Shown: positions 39,801 through 43,554 of the stretch, piece by piece | Layout: every line of letters begins with the position of its first letter | How positions within the stretch are numbered: position 1 is the stretch's first letter | NCBI GenBank assembly: GCA_965644315.1 | Contig: CBFFRQ010000186.1 | Span: 1-43,554 of the forward strand | Direction of reading: 5' to 3' | Origin: Caecitellus pseudoparvulus | Lineage: Eukaryota; Protista; Bigyra: Bicosoecida | DNA length: 43,554 nt | The notes under the pieces: generated by a model | The model's input: the letters and a program-made list of their open reading frames with translations, nothing else | Database searches by the model: none | What the model was told of the DNA's origin: nothing | Translations under genes and position numbers: made by a program

Positions 39801-42094
39801 CTCGTGGCCTGTCACTGCAGGCGCCACCCGCTGTGCCTGGCAGTGACCCCACCGGGCAAGACATTTCTGATGTGCCACTGGAGGATGCCGCACTGCCGGG
39901 GCTCGCGGCAGTGTGTCGGGGTGCGGAGGAGCGCGGGCTGTGGGAGGTGACTGACGGCAGCGACGATGGCCGAGTGCTGGGGAAGTGCGGCGAGTTGGTG
40001 TGTGACGATGACGCTGCGCGGGCATGCAGCGACCTGTGGATGCTGCAAGGCGCCAAACCAGTGTGGGAGGTGGACACGTACACGTACACGTCTGACTGGC
40101 TGGAGGGGCGGCAGGTGGCCGACGAAGCAGAGGGCGAAGACGCCAGGCGCGCTGTGCAAGCCATCACTGCCTTCACCTGTGAAGACGATGCTCACAAACG
40201 CCTCTTTCTACGGTCGGTTCCTGCGGAGGAAGTGGGGCAGGCGTTCCCGCCCGGCTCCCCCGCCAGTGCTTTGCGGACGTACGGCGGGGCGGGCGATGGA
40301 CTGGACATGGAGGCTGCAGTGGAGGGTGTCCCAGTGCTGGATGACCGCACTGCGAACTGCGGTGTCCATGTCATCGTCATGCAGAACGGCATGAACGGCA
40401 CCATGCACGATATGCGCAGCATGCGAGCGTACTTGAAGGTCCTGTACCCCGCATGCTTGGTGTTCACCGCTCGCAAAAACCAAGGCACGGCGACAGAGGA
40501 CAGCCTCATCACCGCTGGCCAGCGCTTGGCGGAGGAGGTGGACGACTTCATCACCAAGAAAGTGCTCATGAGCGGGCTGAAGCTGGCTCGCCTGTCGTTC
40601 GTCGCGTTTTCGCTAGGCGGTGTCATCACCCGCCTTGCACTGCGGCACCCCAGCCTGGCGGTGCATGCTCAGCACTTGCACGCGTTCATCACCCTGGCAT
40701 CCCCGCACCTGGGCATGGCGCATGGCAACACAGCTCTGTTCGACGCAGGGGTCTTTTTCGTGCGCAAGTGGCGCAGGTCTGTCGCACTGGAGCAGCTTAG
40801 CTTGCAGGATGAGCAAGTGCGGGCTGCATGCCTGCTGCGCCTGCTGTCGTCAGGGTGGAACACGACCTCGGAGGAAGAGGTGGCCAACCGGGACTCCCTG
40901 CTTGCCCTCATTACCTCCGGCAAGCGTGGGCAGCACCTGCGGCCACTGCTGGGCGCTGTCACAGCCACTGCCCGGCGCAGCTCAGCCAACGCCCGGCGCA
41001 CTGGCGCCATCACGGCGGGCCTGTCCATGTTTGCTGCGGCGGCAGCCCCTGCCATGCTGCGCAAGCCTGGGCGCACGATTAAGGTGGGCAGGTCCTCAGC
41101 GTCGAACATGTCCCTGAACACACAAGAGCTTGAGCTCACAGCTCAGGCAGCAGCGGGCGCTGAGGCGGAGACAAGCGATGTGGCGGAAGGTGCGGCCAGT
41201 GGTGAAGGGGACAGCCCTGTGGAAGGCACCACTGAGGGCGTTGAGGACGCGGCACTGGCCGGTGTGGCTGACGCTGTGCCGTTGCCGGCAGACACAGACA
41301 CGCCGCACTCTGTGCCTGCAGGGGAGGTAGAGGGCGGGGCAGAGACACCCACACCGCCTGCCAGTGAGATGCAGGCAGTCCCGCCACACCCACAGCCCAC
41401 TCATGGCGAGGCGGCACTGTACGCGACGCCCACGTACCAAGCTCTCGCCGCGGCTGGCCTGTGGTGCGGACCGGAAGGTGCCATGCTGCGGCACTTCAAG
41501 CACATCCTGCTGGTGGGCTCTCCCCAGGACAAGTACACGCCCTTCCACTCCTGCCGCTGTGAGCTGCTGGCAGGCGCTCGCGAGGACCCTGAAGTGTGGG
41601 GCGACCTGCCTAGTCTCCTGGAGGGCGTGTGGGAGGGTGTGGACATGCGGCGGGTGAGCCGCCTGTCTGCCACCTTCAAACTTTCTGAGCGGGCGCTGTC
41701 CATGGACGCGGTGATTGGCCGAGAGGCACACTTGGCCTTCCTGGAGTCCCGTGATGCCGCCGCATGGCTGGCACTGGCCCTGGCCCCGGTGTTTGAGACC
41801 CCCGTGCCAGGCAGGGGATACCGCCGCAGTGAGCTGGAATGCCCCCACAAACCCCTCGCCTCCACCCTGCCGCCCCCCAACGAACTGCTGGGCATGCTGG
41901 ACGTCCTGGGAGATGGGGGGCAGGCGCCTGGGCCTGCACAGGCGACGCGGGACCTCTCTAACAACCCCGTCCTACCGGGGCTTCTACCGCATCTGGACTT
42001 CCTGCCCCCACACTTGGCAGCAGTGGGCGGCGGCTTCGAGGACGGTCCAGTGGACTGGGAGCACGTGGCGGCAGGGCACGCCCACGTCATTTGA
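36854..42094 (+). CDS. FAM135: FAM135-family protein (N-terminal FAM135 domain, C-terminal DUF676 alpha/beta hydrolase), 3 exons
   Basis: Exons 36854-36927, 36995-37139 and 37208-42094. Spliced N-terminus EVTCHFASFRNLDLLRKGLYRLEV and VRYNDEVFDLNE; C-terminus HVIVMQNGMNG..HDM, LSFVAFSLGGVITR, FITLASPHLG, LVGSPQDKYTPF and IGREAHLAFL. Confidence 0.88.
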   Translation: MPLIVSCEVTCHFASFRNLDLLRKGSVRRTEAPASAPRCMPTTPCSQTVPLGGQGAAAEGPRPARARGGVLHFQHPLHLLRGSSQAQLLCNLQWSGQSGPASLHFPWPTLAAATPRSQVSDSASGSTPGCIKDSRSSYVTRSVHVRYNDEVFDLNEGATFRVSAPLTAFEADAVRLLLTLHHAEAEVVQTPDIDAQGLLPRHEARIGIRRKGLFAPVAPRTLALSGLLSGSIHGLYPVIFDMNHLAGVDVQVHAGVTGVAFQAPPVAALGADAAAVRPDGRPGSQTTPRSQASSGIASWLRRMTVGSDAGQLHTPQRSPVLVPPSAFKHSSSGPSTRPAQRSTGPTRRGASDTDVPTNPALRAASPWYIDSLWRFLFANPSPPAVLAACPHLPHGSVKTAADQVPPGAIHRAHQLMLLPLLRTYASLLAFASAASLLSEVRREHVAAGGTGSSVASRAHGQRTPSICQTPRTLQHADGTSSESVLPPRRGSYSRLRAATVEGRPAGHASVPLDSILPLPNLPFALQALVQAAGGRAVVFADLHVLLPQGQYGDTRSTRTAGFDAPSTAATRAQRRRRSTPDFSIPDDVTDGFGVAFQGASVPGNPPVTLQPFASRCRSHSAGDVATALLQEMQHVRQHLFAAWVEVGSLLVGISDSIGPCLRRAWRGVAAAAALRGSMKRVFWTGHVPPPLPVLVPGEVPVPVNLLVPGAGGRPPAGDSADEWDEADTVPLPNEDAPYGHSTANHIALTVAAVVSDTLRQPELGAGRGGASAARPPPPPTVPQPPTPAQPAPPLPREASYEWSTFAGATASAMTEAPPDSPTRGRMKDMPSTSALQNRAYPLHATAYAEPYHHAALALQPLGMPMDVSPSTAASYMQGLRRLHSLLELYTAHNPAVHPRASSPADLLQAVLFGPGAVEHLSATPSSTARGRLSQLRAESTRRCALDVDAMCRWSWRAFDAVAASAVAGLRQLEMGAATGRGAPRGLSLQAPPAVPGSDPTGQDISDVPLEDAALPGLAAVCRGAEERGLWEVTDGSDDGRVLGKCGELVCDDDAARACSDLWMLQGAKPVWEVDTYTYTSDWLEGRQVADEAEGEDARRAVQAITAFTCEDDAHKRLFLRSVPAEEVGQAFPPGSPASALRTYGGAGDGLDMEAAVEGVPVLDDRTANCGVHVIVMQNGMNGTMHDMRSMRAYLKVLYPACLVFTARKNQGTATEDSLITAGQRLAEEVDDFITKKVLMSGLKLARLSFVAFSLGGVITRLALRHPSLAVHAQHLHAFITLASPHLGMAHGNTALFDAGVFFVRKWRRSVALEQLSLQDEQVRAACLLRLLSSGWNTTSEEEVANRDSLLALITSGKRGQHLRPLLGAVTATARRSSANARRTGAITAGLSMFAAAAAPAMLRKPGRTIKVGRSSASNMSLNTQELELTAQAAAGAEAETSDVAEGAASGEGDSPVEGTTEGVEDAALAGVADAVPLPADTDTPHSVPAGEVEGGAETPTPPASEMQAVPPHPQPTHGEAALYATPTYQALAAAGLWCGPEGAMLRHFKHILLVGSPQDKYTPFHSCRCELLAGAREDPEVWGDLPSLLEGVWEGVDMRRVSRLSATFKLSERALSMDAVIGREAHLAFLESRDAAAWLALALAPVFETPVPGRGYRRSELECPHKPLASTLPPPNELLGMLDVLGDGGQAPGPAQATRDLSNNPVLPGLLPHLDFLPPHLAAVGGGFEDGPVDWEHVAAGHAHVI

Positions 42095-42166
42095 GCCAAG
42101 GGGTGGGGGGAGAACTGGCATTTCTGCTCACGCCTCGACATGGAATGCATTCAGCGGTCTAACAGC

Positions 42167-43536
42167 TCACACTCGGGCGTCACTGCCTTGTGGCGCTGGC
42201 GCACTGGAAGGGTCGGTAACCGTGTCAGGGCTGCTCTGAGGCTCTGCGGCCTTGCCTTCTGCGGCTTCGCTGATGGCGTCCGCCTTGGCTGGGAGAGACT
42301 CTGCCGCCGCCCCAGCTGGTGCGCCCTCACCCTCAGGTGCTGCAGACGCCTGCGCTGTGCCGTCAGCCTTGGCGACGTGGGCCTTGGCCTTCTCAATGGT
42401 GCCGTCCACCGTCGCCTCCACGACACGGTACGCGTGCGCCAGGCGGGTCATACCTGCGCGCAGAGTGGCGTTGGACGCTGCACGCTGATGCAGCCCTGAT
42501 GCTGCAGCGCTGGCGGAGTCCACAACTGACTTCCACTTGGACGCCGCCCGCTCGCTGATCTTGTGCTCCTTGTCATAGTCTTGCCACTTCTGCGCTGTGC
42601 TGGCTGCGGCCGCAGACACGCTGGCCACGACAGGCAGCTGGGTGAACGCCTTCACGGCACCCTCAGCCTTGCCTGCCAAGTCCCCAGCCCAGTGCGTGAC
42701 TCGGGCCCAGCCACGCTGCCCACGCATGTAGCCCTCTGCCAAGAAGCCAGCCACTGGGGCGCTGGCGTATGCTGAGCTGTCGTACCGCCCGGGGTACTGC
42801 ACTGGAGGTGCCGCATCCGACGCACTGGAGGCACTAGCTCCCGTGAATGCACCAGCCATGACGACACTGACAGTGTAGGCACCCACAGCCTGGCCGTCCC
42901 GCTCCAAGGCGGCCTCTGCGTGCTCAGGTGTATCAAAGACCACCAGCGCCTGGCAGGTGCCTGCCTCTGCCGACGCGGCGTCACCGAAAGACCTGTGTCG
43001 GGCGGGCGACACTGAGGATGCCGCGGGTGTGTGATGGTGTGGCGGCGCGTGTGGCTCACCGTTGGGCGATGCTCTTCTGCATGCCGGCCCCAGGGCCAAA
43101 AAGGTCTCCAATCGTCTTGTCCAGGGCTGGGCCCTCCAGCGGCGGCAGCCCTCGCACTTCCACTGTGCAGCGCAGCTCCGCCGGCGTCACGACGCTGTCC
43201 GCCACGGCAGGCGTGCTGGAGCCGCCCGTCCCAGAACGGGTGACAAAGACAGTCGAGGTGTTGCCAATGAACAGTTCGCTGAGAGTTTGTGTGCCGCCAC
43301 GCTCTAGGACCATGCTCTCTGTGAGGGGTGGCGTAGAAGGTTGTGAGCCAGGGTGCCGTTTCCTGGAACCTTCTGTCGCTCGCACCGTGTGTGATGGACT
43401 GCACATCAGGGATCCGTTGCCGCACGGCATCCCACACCTGCCCCGTCGTTGTGGATGAACCGTTAGGCAGGTCGATGTAGATGGTCTCAGCATCCTCCAG
43501 AGGGAGCACGATGGCTGACAACTGCATGGAAGCCAT
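42167..43536 (-). CDS. Vip1/BPA1-like RRM protein with an N-terminal ubiquitin-like domain (3 exons)
   Basis: Exons 43536-43386, 43318-43060 and 42992-42167 are phase-compatible. RRM-like TVEVRGLP...ALVVFDTPEHAEAALERDGQAVGAYTVSV, followed by VAGFLAEGYMRG and YDKEHKISERA (Vip1/BPA1-type). Confidence 0.75.
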
Positions 43537-43554
43537 GTTTCGATTTCCGCAGGC

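Noticed and set aside
1-43554. Prokaryotic operon/defence island, or a non-standard genetic code
   Set aside because: Spliceosomal introns and eukaryote-specific genes occur throughout. TGA and TAG act as ordinary stops, and conserved proteins translate correctly with the standard code.

Overview
A gene-dense, GC-rich (roughly 60-65% by eye) eukaryotic nuclear segment, not prokaryotic. I reconstructed 23 short GT-AG introns (62-98 nt) by hand. About 15 protein-coding genes are present. Clear housekeeping genes: CDKL5-like kinase, LSM5, CAND1, a FAM135/DUF676 hydrolase and a Vip1/BPA1-like RRM protein. Secretory or surface proteins: a large Cys-rich multi-pass membrane protein, a GT61-like glycosyltransferase, an L-type lectin, a DUF707 protein and an intronless LTD + ELWxxDGT + FG-GAP + TNFR-like + LRR mosaic. 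Others: an EF-hand-RDD fusion, a divergent Tim17-family protein and two unknowns. Gene content and compactness suggest a flagellated heterotrophic protist, possibly a stramenopile (inference only). The most notable items are (i) a ~1,100-aa Crinkler/RHS-type NTPase + restriction-endonuclease-like gene with degenerate catalytic motifs and a mitochondrial-like presequence, (ii) the secreted double-propeller/TNFR/LRR mosaic inside a co-oriented lectin-glycosyltransferase cluster, and (iii) a recurrent TGCGGAAAT motif near gene starts and in 5' introns. Eight apparent frameshifts, mostly at G/C homopolymers, are probably assembly errors. All family calls come from motif recognition by eye; no database search was run.
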